Source: Chiloscyllium plagiosum
Taxonomy: Eukaryota
Length of the DNA stretch: 64,000 nucleotides
Direction: 5' to 3'
Assembly: GCF_004010195.1 (NCBI RefSeq)
Contig: NC_057720.1
Location: 1,075,700 to 1,139,699, forward strand
Positions 37,786 to 51,334 of the stretch are shown piece by piece; within the stretch, counting starts at the first letter, position 1, and each line of letters begins with the position of its first letter. The notes beneath the pieces are model-generated. The model was not told where the DNA came from. It made no database searches and saw only the letters and a program-made list of their open reading frames with translations. The translations under genes and the position numbers were made by a program.

Positions 37786-40700
37786 GACATAGAACAGCAA
37801 ACATTACAGCGTAGTACAGGCCCTTCGGCCCTCGATGTTGCTCCAACCTGTGAAACCAACCTGAAGCCCAACTAACCTACACCATTCCATTTTCATCCAG
37901 ATGTTTATCCAATGAACACTTCAATGCCCTTAAAGTTGGCGAGTCTACTACTGTTGCAGGCAGGGCGTTCCATGCCCCTACAACTGAGTAAAGAAACTAT
38001 CTCTGACATCTGTCCTATATCTCTCACCCCTCAATTTAAAGCTCTGTCCCCTCATGCTAGCCATCACCATCTGAGAAAAAAACGGTCTCCCTGTCCATCC
38101 TATGTAACCCTCTGATTATCTTATATGTCTCTATTAAGTCACCTCTCAACCACCTTCTCTCAAATGAAAACAGCCTCAAGTCCTTCAGCCCTCCATACCA
38201 GGCAACATCCTGGTAAATCTCCTCTGCACCCTTTCCAAAGCTTCCACATCCTTCCTATAATGCGGTGACCAGAACTGTACACAATTCTCCAAGTGCGGCT
38301 GCAACATAACCTCATGGCTCCAATACGCAATCCCGCTACCAATAAAAGCTAACGCACCATATGCCTTCTTAACAACTCTATCAACCTGGGTGGCAACTTT
38401 CAGGGATCTATGTACATGGACACCGAGATCTCTCTCCATCTACACTACCAAGAATCTTACAATTCGCCCAGTATTCTGCATTCCTGTTACTCCTTCCAAA
38501 GTGAATCACCTCTCAATTTTCCACATTAAACTCCATTTGCCACCTCTCAGCCCAGCCCTGCAGCTTATCTATATCCCTCTGTAACCTGCAACATTTTTCT
38601 GCACTGTCCACAACTCCACTGTCTTTAGCATCATCCGCAAATTTACTAACCCATCCTTCTATGCCCACATCCAGATCATTTATAAAAATGACAAACAGCA
38701 GTGGCCCCAAAACAGACCCTTGCAGTACCCCACCAGTAACTCAACTCCAGGATGAACATTTCCCAACAACCACCACCCTCTGTCTTCTTTCACGTTGCCA
38801 ATTCCTGATCCAAACTGCTAAATCACCTCAATCCTATGCTTCTGGGTTTTCTACAACAGCCTACTATTGGGAATCTTATCAAACTCCTTACTGAAATCCA
38901 TATCAACGGCTTTACCCTCATCCAGCTGTTTGCTCACCTTCTCAAAGAACTCAGTAAGGTTTGTGAGGTACGACCTACCCTTCACAAAACCGTGTTGACT
39001 ATCCCTAACCAACTTATTCCTCTCTAGATGATTAGAAATCCTATCTCTTATAACCTTTTCCAACACTTTACCCACAACCGAAGTAAGGCTCACTGGTCTA
39101 TAATTACCAGGGTTGTCTCTACTCCCCTTCTTGAACAAGGGGACAACATTTGCTATCCTCCAGTCTTCTGGCACTGTTCCTGTAGACATTGATGACATAA
39201 AGATCAAAGCCAAAGGCTCGGCAATCTCCTCCTTCGCTTCCCAGAGAATCCCAGGATGAATCCCATCCGGCCCAGGGGATTTATCTATTTTCACACTTTG
39301 CAGAATTGCTAACAGCTCCTCCTCATGAACCTCAATCCTGTCTGGTCTAGTAGCCTGTATCTCAGTATTCTCAACAACATTGTCTTTTTCTAGTGTGAAT
39401 GCTGATGAAAAATATTCATTTAGCGCTTCTCCTATCTCTTCAGATTCCATGCACAACTTCCCTTGACAGGCCCTCATCTTACTGCAATCATTCTTTAAAT
39501 TCCATTGTACCTATAGAAAGCTTTAGGGCTTTCCTTGATTCTACCTGTCAAAGACTTCCCATGTCCCCTCCTGGTCCTTCTTAGCTCTCTCTCTAGCTCC
39601 TTCCTGGCTAACTCATAACTCTCAAGTGCCCTAACTGAGCCTTCAAGTCTCACTTTCACATAAGCCTTCTTCTTCCTCTTGACAAGAAATCTAACTTCTT
39701 TAGTGAACCATGATTTCCTTGCTCAAGATTTTCTTCCTGCCTGACAGGTACATATTTATCAAGGGCACACTGTAGGTGTTTCTTGAACAAGGTCCATATT
39801 TTAATTGTGTCCATCCCCTGCAGTTTCTTTCCCCATCTTATGCATCCTAAATCTTTTCTAATCACATCATAATTCCCCTGCAGTTTCTTTCTCCATCTTA
39901 TGCATCCTAAATCTTTTCTAATCACATCATAATTGCCTTTCTCCCAGCTATAACACTTGCCCTGCGGTATATACCTATCCCTTTTCATTGCTAACATAAA
40001 TGTAACTGAATTGTGGTCACGATCACCAAAGTGCTCACCTACCTCCAAATCTAACACCTGGCCTGGTTCATTACCCAGTACCAAATCCAAAGTGGCCTCG
40101 CCCCTTGTTGGCCTGTCTACATACTGTGTTAGGAAACCATTCTGCACACACTGGACAAGAACTGACCCATCTAAAGTACTCAAACTATAGTATTCCCTGT
40201 CAGTATTTGGAAAGTTTAAGTCCCCATAACAACTACTGTGTTACTCTCGCTCCTATCCAGAATTATCTTTGCAATCCTTTCCTCTACATCTCTGGAACTA
40301 TTTGGAGGCCGATAGAAAATTCCCAACAGGGTGATTTCTCCTTTCCTGTTTCTAACCTCAGCCCACACTACCTCAGTAGGCGAGTCCTCAAACGTTCTTT
40401 CTGCCACCATAATAACTGTCCTTGACTAACAATGTCACACCACCCCCTCTTTTCCCACCTTTTCTTTTCTTACTGAAACATCTAAATCCCACAACCTGCA
40501 GCAACCATTCCTGTCCCTAATCTAGCCATGTCTCCGAAATGGCAACAACATCTAAGTCCCAGGTACCAACCCATGCTGCAGGTTCACCACCTTATTCCGG
40601 ATGCTCCTGGCATTGAAGTAGACACACTTCAAACCAACTTCTTGCTTGCTGCACTTCTGTGACTTTGAAACCTTATTCGTGACCTCACTACTCTCAACCT

Positions 40701-41905
40701 CCTGGACACTGGAAATGTAATTCAGGTTCCCATCCCCCTGCTGAATTAGTTTAAACCCTCCTGAAGAGCATTAGCAAACCTCTTCCCCCTCTGGTTCAGG
40801 TGAAGACCATCCAGGTTTTTTTTTAAAACAGGTCCCACCTACTCCAGAATGAGACCCAATTAACCAGGTATCCGAATCCCTCCCTCCTGCACTATCCCAA
40901 CTCCCCTCTCTCTCTCCTCACTTTGCTAGCATGTGGCACGAGTAACAAATCAGAGATAATAACTCTGTTTGTCCAGCTCTAAGCTTCCATCCTAGCTCCC
41001 TGAATTTCTACCTTAAATCCCCATCCCTTTTCCTATCTCCGTCATTGGTGCCTTTGACTTGGGGCGGCTCCCCCTCAAGGATCCTGACAACATGATCCGA
41101 GACATCATGGACCCTGGTACCTGGGAGGCAACACACCAACTGTGAGTGTCTCTCGTTCCCAGAGAACCTTCTATCTGTCTCCCTAACTATAGAGTCCCCA
41201 ATGACTAATGCTCTGCTCCTCTCCCCCATTCCCTTCAGAGCAACAGGGACAGACTCTGTGCCCCATTGTTTACCCTGGGAAGCCCCACACCCCCCAACAG
41301 TATCCAAAACGGTATACTTATTGTTGAGGGGAACAGCTACAGGGGATCCCTGCACTGCCTGCCTGTTCCCTTTTTGTCCCCTGACTGTAATGCATCTGCC
41401 TTTTTCTTGTACCTGAGGTGTGACTACCTCCCTGTAACTCCTCTCAATTACCCCCTCCGCCTCCCGAATGATCCGTAGTTCATCCAGCTCCAGTTCCCTA
41501 ACGCAGTTTTCACAGATTGGAATTGGGTGCACTTCCCACAGATGAAGTCAGCAGGAACCCTGTGGTGACCCTTATCTCCCACACTCTACAGAAGAAGCAT
41601 ACAACTTCCCTAACAGCCATACCCACTATCCTAAATTCCCAAAGAGACTATTGAAAAAACTAGTAACCTCACCAAATCGGTACACAGAACCTTTTTTTTT
41701 GGTTGGAGGAGGAGGATGGTGGGAGACACTACCTAAGTAGTGTTCAGGTAAAGCAACTGCCTAAATATATTCCCTCATTTGCTCAGCAACCTGTGTCTGT
41801 TTCTGCTTACTGTGTGCTCTGCCTACGCATCGGCTAAGCTTTTATAGGATTTACTTACCTTCCCAGCAGCCCCCGGTCCTCAATCTCACCGCTCCCGCTG
41901 CTAAA
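37786..41905 (-). mobile_element. Near full-length CR1 LINE, same family as 17497-21655 but opposite orientation
   Basis: ORF1 ALVIGDSIVR esterase motif and QAVQGSPVAVPLNNKYTVLDTV, identical to the other copy. ORF2 endonuclease and RT motifs. Confidence 0.92.
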
Positions 41906-42820
41906 AGGGAGGCAGGAAAGTGGATGTGATGAATGTGGGATCAGCCAGAATCCTACTGAATTGTACAGCAAGCTCGAGGGGCTGAATGATTTATTTTTTA
42001 TGATCTATTGGTCTTTTAAAACCATAGGTTTACCATCTGGTTTCTGGGGATTTGTCAATCTTTTGTGCTATTATTTTCAAAATCATTTGTCACCTCATTT
42101 ATTTAGATTTTGGTGAGCTTCACGCCTTGATTCAATAATAGTGTTCTTTACAAATCTAGTAAGCTGACCTTTTCCTGGACAGAAAACATTGAGGAAAATA
42201 ATTACTCAGTACGTCTACCATTACTGTACTTTCAGTTTTTTTGCCACTGAATTTTCAAAAAACCCACATTTCTCCTGCTGTTCTTTTACCTAACATAATC
42301 TGCCAAAGATTTTGTATGGATTTTGACATCCTTCACAGGTTTCTTCTCCTGTTCTATTTCTGCAGCTCTGATTATACATTTTTTCACCCTTTGCTCTGAT
42401 GTGCAATTATGCCTATCCAGAAAGATCTGCTCCTTTTTTGTGCCTTTTGGTTTGTGTTTTTTTATTTACTTTCACATCGTCATCTATCTCTTTAGCTGCA
42501 CAAAGCTGTTTTTTGGCAGGGAAAGCATTTGCTCTCGAGGGATACAAACTGATTCTGTGTGACATTAAATTCTCTACAACCTATTCCTTTTTTCAACACC
42601 TCATACAGACTTTCTGCTGTTTTGACAAGGAACTGATTTACCCAGTTTACTGAAGACACTAGCTGCCTTATCCTCGCTTAATTAAACTGAACTTTTTTTA
42701 AGCTGGTTCTCCCTTTCAAACATAATATCAAAACAATGTTATGTCATGATTTCTGTTAGATGAATATTAATCCACCATTACATTGTTAACTAAATCTGGG
42801 TCATTACTCCTTATTAAACT

Positions 42821-43122
42821 GCACAGTGGCTCAGTGGCGAACACTGCTGCCTCACAGTACCAGGGTCCCAGGTTCAATTCCAGCCTCAGGCAACTGTCTG
42901 TGGAGTTTGCACACCATTACAACCCTGTGTCTGTATGGGTTTCCTCCCAAAATCCAAAGATGTGCAGGTCAGATGAATTGGCCATGTTAAATTGCCCATA
43001 CTGTCAGGTGCATTAGTCAAGAGGAAAGTGAGTCTGGGATGGGTTACTCTTCAAAGGGTCGGTGTGAACTTGTTGGGCTGAAGGGCCTGTTTCCATACTG
43101 TAGGGAACCTAATCCAATCTAA
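42821..43122 (+). mobile_element. HE1-like V-SINE
   Basis: gcacagtggctcagtgg...ctgcctcacag...ggttcaattcc head and aatctaa tail. Confidence 0.8.
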
Positions 43123-43659
43123 CCAGAGTGGCACAAGTGGTTCAGGTCTGGGATCGACTGCCTGGAAATGTGGTGGAGGCAGAGGCAACTGAAACACTCA
43201 AGAGGGCATCAGATAATTATTTGAATAGAAACAATGAGCAAGGGACGGGGAGAAGACAGGCAAATGGTACTCTGTTGCAATGTTCATGGGACAGCTGGTG
43301 TAGACAGGATAGGCTAAAGGGTCTCCTTCTGAATTGTAACAGTATTGTGATTCTGTCCCTTGTTGTCTCTAGAGCATACTTTTGCAGAATGTTATTCAGG
43401 TACAACTGCCAGTGGTGGAGCATTACAATGTAATGGTGGATTACATAGAGACTAGAACTGGAGAAGTGCAATTTGGAAGGTTGTGGGCTGAGTAAAATTA
43501 CAGACAAAGGGAGGAGTGAGGCATCGAGGGGAATCTGACCATGAGGATCAGAAGTTGCACATCAAAGCTTTGCTGAACGAGAAGCAAATGTATAATGGAT
43601 GAGAGTGGTTGCTGGTTGCTGAGTCCTGGGCCGCAGTTAGCAGCATGCTGCTTCTGTAC

Positions 43660-43785
43660 CTCCATTTCAAGGACCTTGTGGAATATAGCCTGGGCCAAAC
43701 TCTCCCGCACATACTTCTGATGGTCTTTTCGAACTACGTTGAGACGATATTCCTTCTCCGACACTATCCTTCCATTCTTTGTGAC
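43660..43785 (-). CDS. ERICH3: ERICH3 coding exon, 126 bp: VTKNGRIVSEKEYRLNVVRKDHQKYVRESLAQAIFHKVLEME
   Basis: Acceptor ttcctgtgcag, donor GTACAG, phase 0-0. Close match to ERICH3 SGRILSEKEYKLN...LAQAIFHKVLDME. Confidence 0.95.
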
Positions 43786-44699
43786 CTGCACAGGAAAGCA
43801 CAGATTTTAAAAAACACATTATCCAGCAACATCTACAATCAATTACTTTAAATTGTTTTATGCAATCAGAGAGTTCGGATCATTAATGTTAAACTTATTT
43901 CAACTTATATAGCAATTACAACATAGAATCAAGCTCTTCAACCCATCACTTTGTATGGAGCATAAATACTCACACAAAGTTCCTCCTGCACCCTAGGTTC
44001 CTTACCCTATCAACACATCTCGCAATTCCTTTCCCCCTCATGTGATTATCCAGTTACCCTCTAAATGTATCGACACGATTCACTTTGACCACTCACTGTG
44101 CAGTTGAGTTCCACATTCACCCCACTCTCTGGGGCAAGGGGTTCCTCCTTAATTTTTTATAGATCAGCAACTTTAGCAGGGTAAAGTTCAGACAATGATG
44201 GTTTTCCATTTCAAACCCCCTATATCAGTCTCAAGTGCTTTGTTTCCCTTTCACTGGGAGCATCTTGCACAGCTGTATTTATTTTCTGTACACCTGCCAT
44301 CCTACACCACTCGAATGAGTGTGCCTGCTTTGGAGAATCTTTGCCTAAACCCATAAATTCAGCAGAAACTGGATTGAGGCTGCTGTAATTTCACTTCCTT
44401 CTAATTTGTGTATAATTTGGGCTCCAGGTTCTACTTAATTGGAGATGTGTGGAGAGTGGAATGAGTTTCAGACAAAAGTGTGGTTTTGGACCAAAAGGTC
44501 CTCAAAACTTTCCCCCAGTAAGGGGGGGGGGGGGTTCACTCCTAAAGTGTGGGGTTGTTGTACACTCCGAGGGCTGGAGAGAGTGAAATGATTCATAATA
44601 AAGAAAACGCACAGTGGGAAATTAGTTGCTTCAGCTCTAAGAAGGTGTGACCACAGACCAGAATCTGAACTGTAAGTACTGTGGCTATAACAACCAAAG

Positions 44700-45215
44700 G
44701 CTGGGAATCTTGTAGTGAGCAATGCATCTCCAGAATCTCCAATGCCTGTCCAATATCTACAAGATATAACTCAGAGTGTGCCAGAACAAACTCCCTTCCT
44801 TACCTTGATGAGTGCAGTTCCAACACTCAAGTTGCTTGATGAAGTAGTCCATATGATTGGCACCACATATCCACACTTTCATTGTCTCTGCTGCTGCTGG
44901 TCAGTGTCAGCTGTGTAGACACACTGCAGGAATTCCCCAAGAGTCTCACCAAAAGCACCTTCCAAACTCATGACCTCTAATACCCAGAAAGACAAGTGCA
45001 GCAGGTACCACTGCCTGCAACTTCAAGCGACTCACTATCCAAACTTAAAAACATACCACCATCCCTCACACCCTCCCAAAATGCATTATACACCCACCTA
45101 CAACACATGGACAGCAGCAGCAATTCAAGGCAGCAGTACACTGCCTCTTTCTCAACAGCAACAAAGGATGAGCCACAAATGCTGGCTCAGCCAGTGATGC
45201 CTGTGAATAAATAAA
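44700..45215 (+). mobile_element. Old LINE 3' end whose tail matches the SINE at 30583 (second copy at about 51380-51790)
   Basis: Shared ttccaaac..atgacctcta...gcaattca(a/g)...aaatgc(t/c)..ccag..gatgcc(c) tail. Confidence 0.55.
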
Positions 45216-45254
45216 GATGAAACATGCTGAAGAAGCTTGCTTCTTCACAACAAA

Positions 45255-45885
45255 TCATAGAGTCATAAAGGTGTACAGCATGGAAACAGACCCTTCGGTC
45301 CAACTCATCCATGCCGACCAGATATTCCAACCCAATCTGGTCCCACCTGCCAGCACACAGCCCATATCCCTCCAAACCCTTCCTATTCATGTACCCATCT
45401 AGAGACCTTTTAAATGTTGTAATTGTACCAGCCTCCACCATTTCCTCTGGCAACTCATTCCATACACATACCACCCTCTGAATTAAAAAGTTACCCCTTA
45501 GGTCTCTTTTATAGCTTTCCCCTCTCACCTTAAACCTATGTCCTCTAGTTCTGGACTCCCCCACCCCAGGAAAACACTGTGTCTATTTATCCTATCCATG
45601 AGCCTCATAGTTTTATAAACCTCTATAAGGTCACCCTTCAGCCTCCGACACTGCAGGGAAAACAGAGTAACCCTGGGGGTGAACAGCAGGATAAATCCAA
45701 AAGATGTGCAGGTCAGGTGAATTGGCCATGCTAAATTGCCCATAGTGTTAGGTGCATTAGTCAGAGGGAAATGGGTCTGGGTGGGTTACTCTTTGGAGGG
45801 TCGGTATAGACTGGTTGGGCTGAAGGGCCTGTTTCCACACTGTAGGGAATCTAATCTAATCTAATCTAATCTAATCAAATCAAAT
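45255..45885. mobile_element. CR1 3' fragment (minus, 45255-45665) joined to an HE1-like SINE 3' half (plus, 45698-45885)
   Basis: RT C-terminal peptide and an (aatct)n SINE tail. Confidence 0.75.
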
Positions 45886-46494
45886 ACCTGAGAAGGGGGG
45901 TCAGTCAGTGTGGCCCTTGGGGTAAACAGCAGGATAAATACCTGCCCGGGGGGGGGGGGGGGGGGTGAGAGTCAGTCACGGGTCCTATTTTGGCTGTGGG
46001 TAGGACTCCAGGATGGTGTGTTGCTTTCCTGGTTCCAGGGTCGAGGATGTTTCTGAGCAGGCGCAGGATATTCTGAAGGGGGAGATAAGAAAAGAACAAA
46101 GAAAATTTACAGCCCAGAAACAGGCCCTTCGGCCCGCCAAGCCTGAGCTGATCCAAATATGTGGCTAAAGAGCTGGTGTAGGAGGGAGGCTTTCAGGTGT
46201 GTGGATCACTGGAATGTTTTCTGAGGCAGATGGAACATGAACAGGGAGGATGGGTTGCACCTAAACTGGAGGGCAATATCCTGGCAGGGAGGTTTACCAG
46301 TGCCATTCAGGAGGGTTTACACTAGTGTGGCAGGGGGGTGGGATCCAGTGAGGTAGGTCAGCAAGTGAAATGACCCAGAAAGAGCCTGAGGTTAAGGCCA
46401 GTACGATTAAGAGGAAGAACAGACAGGGGAGGTTCCTGAACACAGCACACCAGCAGGCTGACGTGTGTGTGTCTTGGTCAAGTCACATAACTGG

Positions 46495-46608
46495 AGAGCG
46501 GGACATAACACTAGCGCTTCACCAGAGGCTCACTGATGATGTTACCTAGCATGGTGACGAGACATCTGAAAACCAACCTTCCAGTTCAGTGAGCAAACTT
46601 ACAACCGG
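46495..46608 (+). mobile_element. Solo Penelope pLTR fragment with degenerate hammerhead (family A)
   Basis: gcttcaccagaggctcaCTGATGAtgttacctagcatggtgacGAGACATCtga...gagcaaacttaca, homologous to 1083-1175. Confidence 0.7.
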
Positions 46609-48870
46609 AGGATTTAGATGTTTCAGGCAAGATAGAGAGGGCTGTAAAGGAGGTGGGGGAGTGGGAGAATATCCCAGCTGTACTGAGGGAGGACACTTTG
46701 GAGGGCTCTCCCAGCAAGGCATATGGGTGCAGCAGGGGAATAGGAAGGGTGCTATCACTTTGATGGGACTGTACTACAGGCCTCCCAACAGCCAGCGGGT
46801 GAGAGGGGAACAGATATACGGACAGATTATGGAAAAATGTGAAAACAAATTGGTTAGTAATTTTACCTTCCCCTATATTTACTGGGACTTGCTTAATGCC
46901 AGGGTCTTGGATGGGGGAGAATTTGTGAGGTATGTCCAGGATGGTACTTTGAAATAATATGTAAATTGTCCAACCAGGGAAGAGGCTGTACTCAACCTGG
47001 TATTGGGGAATGAGCCCGGTCAGGTGATCAAAGTTTCAATGGGGGAGCATTTCGGTAACAGTGACCATAATTCTATAAATTTTAAGTTAATTATGGATAA
47101 GGATAACAGTAGCCCTCAGGTGAATATACTAAATTGAGGCGAGGCTAACTATCACAATATTTGGCAAGAACTGGAGAATGTAGATTGGGACAGCTGTTTG
47201 AAGGAAAATCTACATCTGGCATGTGGGAATCGCCCAGTGTTTAGAGTTCAGACCAGTACGTCCCTGTGAAAATGAAGGATAAGGATGGCAAGATTTGGGA
47301 ACCTTGGATGGAGAGCTCAAAAAGAAAAAGGAGGCATACATAGGTTTAGGAAACTGAAGACAGACAGAGCAGGGGATAACTCAACAAAGAATTAGGAGGG
47401 CTAAAAAGTCTTTGGGAAACAGGATTAAGGAAAATCCCAAGGTGCTTTATATATACATAAAAGAGCAAGAGGGTGGCTCAGGAAAGAGTAGGTCCACTCA
47501 AGGACCAAGGAGGGAATTTATGTGCAAAGCCAGAGGAAGTTAAAAATGTTACAGGAAGGACAGAAAGGAGGCAAGAGAGGAGGTGGAGTGGCATTTTTGA
47601 TAAGGGATAGCATTACAGCCGTGCTGAGGGAGGATATTCCCGGTAATACATCCAGGGAAGTTATTTGGGTGGAACTGAGAAATAAGAAAGGGATGATCAC
47701 CTTATTGGGATTGTATTATAGACCCCCTAACAGTCAGAGGGAAATTGAGAAACAAACTTGTAAGGAGATCTCAGTTATCTGTAAGAATAATAGGGTGGTT
47801 ATGGAAGGGGATTTTAACTTTCCAAACATAGACTGGGACTGCCATTGTGTTAAGGGTTTAGATGGAGAGGAATTTGTTAAGTGTTTACAAGACAATTTTC
47901 AGATTCAATATGTGGATGCACATACTAGAGAAGGTGCAAAACTTGACCTACTCCTGGGAAATAAGGCAGGGCAGGTGACTGAGGTGTCAGTGGGGGTGCA
48001 CTTTGGGGCCAGCGACTATAATTCTATTCGTTTTAAAATAGTGATGAAAAAGGAGAGACCAGATCTAAAAGGTGAATTTCTAAATTGGAGAAAGGCCAAT
48101 TTTGACGGTATTAGGCAAGAACTTTCAAAAGCTGATTGGAGGCAGATGTTCGCAGGTAAAGGGACAGCTGGAAAATGGGAAGCCTTCAGAAATGAGATAA
48201 TGAGAGTCCAGAGTCAGTATATTCCTGTCAGGGTGAAAGGAAAGGCTGGTAGGTATAGGCAATGCTGGATGACTAAAGAAATTGAGGGTTTGGTTAAGAA
48301 AAAGAAGAAAGCATATGTCAGGTATAGACAGGATAGATCTAGTGAATCCCTAGAAGAGTATAAAGGAAGTAGGAATATACTTAAGAGGAAAACCAGGAGG
48401 GCAAAAAGGGGATGTGAGATAGCTTTGGCAAATAGAATTAAGGAGAATCCAAAGGGTTTTTACAAATACATTAAGGACAAAAGGATAACTAGGGAGGAAA
48501 TGGGGCCCTTCAAAGATCAGCAAGGCAGCCTTTGTGTGGAGCCGCAAGAAATGGGGGAGATATTAAACAAGTATTTTGCATCAGTGTTTACTGTAGAAAA
48601 GGATATGAAAGATATAGAATGTAGGGAATAGATGATGACATCTTAAAAAATGCCCATATTACAGAGGAGGAAGTGCTGGATGTCTTGAAACACAAAAATT
48701 GGTAAATCCCAGGACCTGATCAGGTGTACCCTAGAACTCTGTCAGAAGCTAGGAAAGTGATTGCTGGGCCTCTTACTGAGATATTTTGCATTATCAATAG
48801 TCACAGGTGAGGTGCTGGAAGACTGGAGGTTGGCTAACGTGGTGCCAATGTTGGAGAAGGGTGGTAAAGA

Positions 48871-49006
48871 AGGGTGGTTCCTGAAGAAGGGCTTATGCTC
48901 GAAACGTCGATTCTCCTGTTCCCTGGATGCTGCCTGACCTGCTGCGCTTTTCCGGCAATACATTTTCAGCTCTGATCTCCAGCATCTGCAGTCCTCACTT
49001 TCTCCT
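48871..49006 (+). mobile_element. Family B hammerhead element inserted in CR1 ORF2
   Basis: ttc CTGAAGA agggcttatgctc GAAAC GTC gat. 9-bp TSD tggtaaaga at 48862-48870 and 49007-49015. It splits the peptide KGGK|DNPGNYRP. Confidence 0.82.
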
Positions 49007-51240
49007 TGGTAAAGACAATCCAGGGAACTATAGACCGGTGAACCTGACCTCGGTGGTGGGCAAGTCTTTGGAGGGAATCCTGAGGGACAGGATGTACATG
49101 TATTTGGAAAGGCAAGGACTGTTTCGGGATAGTCAACATGCTTTTGTGCGTGGGAAATCATGTCTCACAAACTTGATTGAGTTTTTTGAAGAAGTAACAA
49201 AGAAGATTGATGAGGGCAGTAGATGTGATCTATATGGACTTCAGTAATGCATTCGACAAGGTTCCCCATGGGAGACTGATTAGCAAGGTTAGATCTCATG
49301 GAATAAAGGGAGAACTAGCCATTTGGATACAGAACTGGCTCAAAGGTAGAAGACAGAGGGTGGTGGTGGAGGGTTGTTTTTCAGACTGGAGGCCTGTGAC
49401 CAGTGGAGTGCCACAAGGATCAGTGTTGGTTCCACTACTTTTTGTCATTTATATAAAGGATTTGGATGCGAGCATAAGAGGTACAGTTAGTAAGTTTGCA
49501 GATGACACCAAAGTTGGAGGTGTAGTGGACAGCGAAGGAGGTTACCTCAGACTACAATCTTGAACAGATGGGCAAATGGGCTGAGAAGTGGCAGATGGTG
49601 TTTAATTTAGATAAACGTGAGATGCTACATTTTGGGAAAGCAAATTTTAGCAGGACTTATACACTTAATGGTAAGGTCCTAGGGAGTGTTGCTGAACAAA
49701 GAGACCTTGGAGTGCAGGTTCATGGCTCCTTGAAAGTGCAGTCACAGGTAGATAGGATAGTGAAGGCAGTATTTGGGATGCTTTCCTTTATTGGTCAGAG
49801 TATTGAGTACAGGAGTTGGGAGGTCATGTTGCGGCTGTACAGGACATTGGTTAGGCCACTGTTGGAATATTGTGTGCAATTCTGGTCTCCTTCCTATCGG
49901 AAAGATGTTGTGAAACTTGAAAGGGTTCAGAAAAGATTTACGAGGATGTTGCCAGGGTTGGAGGATTTGAGCTATAGGGAGAGGCTGTACAGGCTGGGGC
50001 TGTTTTCCCTGGAGCGCGGAGGCTGAGGGGTGACCTTATAGAGGTTTATAAAATCACGACGGGCATGGATAGAATAAATAGACAAAGTCTTTTCCCTGGG
50101 GTGGGGAAGTCCAGAAGTGGAGGGCATAGGTTTACGGTGAGAGGGGAAAGATATAAAAGAGACCTAAGGGGCAACGTTTTCACACAGAGGGTGCTGCTTC
50201 TGTGGAATGGGCTGCCAGAGGAAGTGGTGGAGGCTNNNNNNNNNNNNNNNNNNNNNNNNNNNNNNNNNNNNNNNNNNNNNNNNNNNNNNNGGGTTTGGAG
50301 GGATGTGGGCCGGGTGCTGGCAGGTGGGACGAAATTGGGTTAGGATATCCAGTTGGCATCGATGAGTTGGAACGAAGGGTCTGTTTCCATGCTGTACATC
50401 TCTATGACTCTAAGAGGGTGAAGTCCTCAAAGAACACTTTGCATCAGTATTCACCGAGGAGGATATGCTGGATGGTGAGTCTTAGGAGGAGTATATTGAT
50501 TTTTTTTTGGGCATATCAATATAAAAAGAGATGGAGGCATTCAGCGTTTTGAAAAGCATTAAATGAGTCAAGTCCCCAGGACCTGATGGGATGTATCCCA
50601 GAATGCAGAAGGAGAAAGGGAGGAAATTGCTGGAGCCTTGTATGAAATATTTGTGTCCTCTTTAATCACAGGAAATGTCCCAGAGATCTAGAGAATAACC
50701 AATGCTGTTCCTGAATTTAAGAAGGGCAACAGGGATAAGCTGGGAAATTACAGGCCGGTCAGATTCTTAGGGATAGGACTGACTCACATTTGGGAAATAT
50801 GGACAGATGCATGGCAGGTGCAGTAAAGGTTGGAGACTAGCGTGATTGGGCTACATCAGGGCCCAGTAATTTGTACCAGGGACTCTAGGGGGCCCACTAG
50901 GGGTTGGGGATGGGAGTGGGGGTCTTGGCCAGGAGAAGCACTTTGGTCCTAACATTGGGTGGCTCGGCATACATCGGCATGCACCTTTAGTCAGTGCGTT
51001 TTGGGGGATTAGGCTTCAGAGTTGTGAAAGTAAAATGAATTCCATTGGCTGCTGCGATTGGTCAATAACTCCATTAATGTTGGATCACATGACAGTCAGG
51101 ATACAAGGAAGTGACTGACATGGATCCAGGCTTTTTCCCATGAATGAGTTTGTTGATAATTAGTGTTGGGGGAGGGGGACCATTCAGAGCTGGGAGGAAA
51201 ATGAAAGAAGCAGCCAACAGTGAGGATATTTGACACTCAC

Positions 51241-51334
51241 CAATCCAGCTCGCTGGAGATGTCTCCGAACCCTTGTGTTGTTGAAATATCCTGTCAAGTG
51301 TTTGTCTGTGAGGCTGTTGTAGGTAGCCAGAGGT
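51241..51334 (-). CDS. ERICH3: ERICH3 coding exon (probable exon 2), 94 bp: (x)PLATYNSLTDKHLTGYFNNTRVRRHLQRAGL
   Basis: Acceptor tcttacag and donor GTGAGT. The peptide matches the recalled ERICH3 N-terminus (AYNSLMDKHLAGYFNNTRIRRHL). It starts in phase 2 and ends in phase 0, in frame with the next exon. Confidence 0.93.

Larger units (their letters stand above)
45890..50790 (+). mobile_element. Older CR1 (45890-47545, resuming at 50411-50790) with a younger 5'-truncated CR1 ORF2 nested inside (about 47546-50410)
   Basis: The host reads ...ccagaggaagt|...|ggtgaagtcctcaa across the insert. The insert has a 369-aa endonuclease ORF and RT motifs. Confidence 0.85.
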
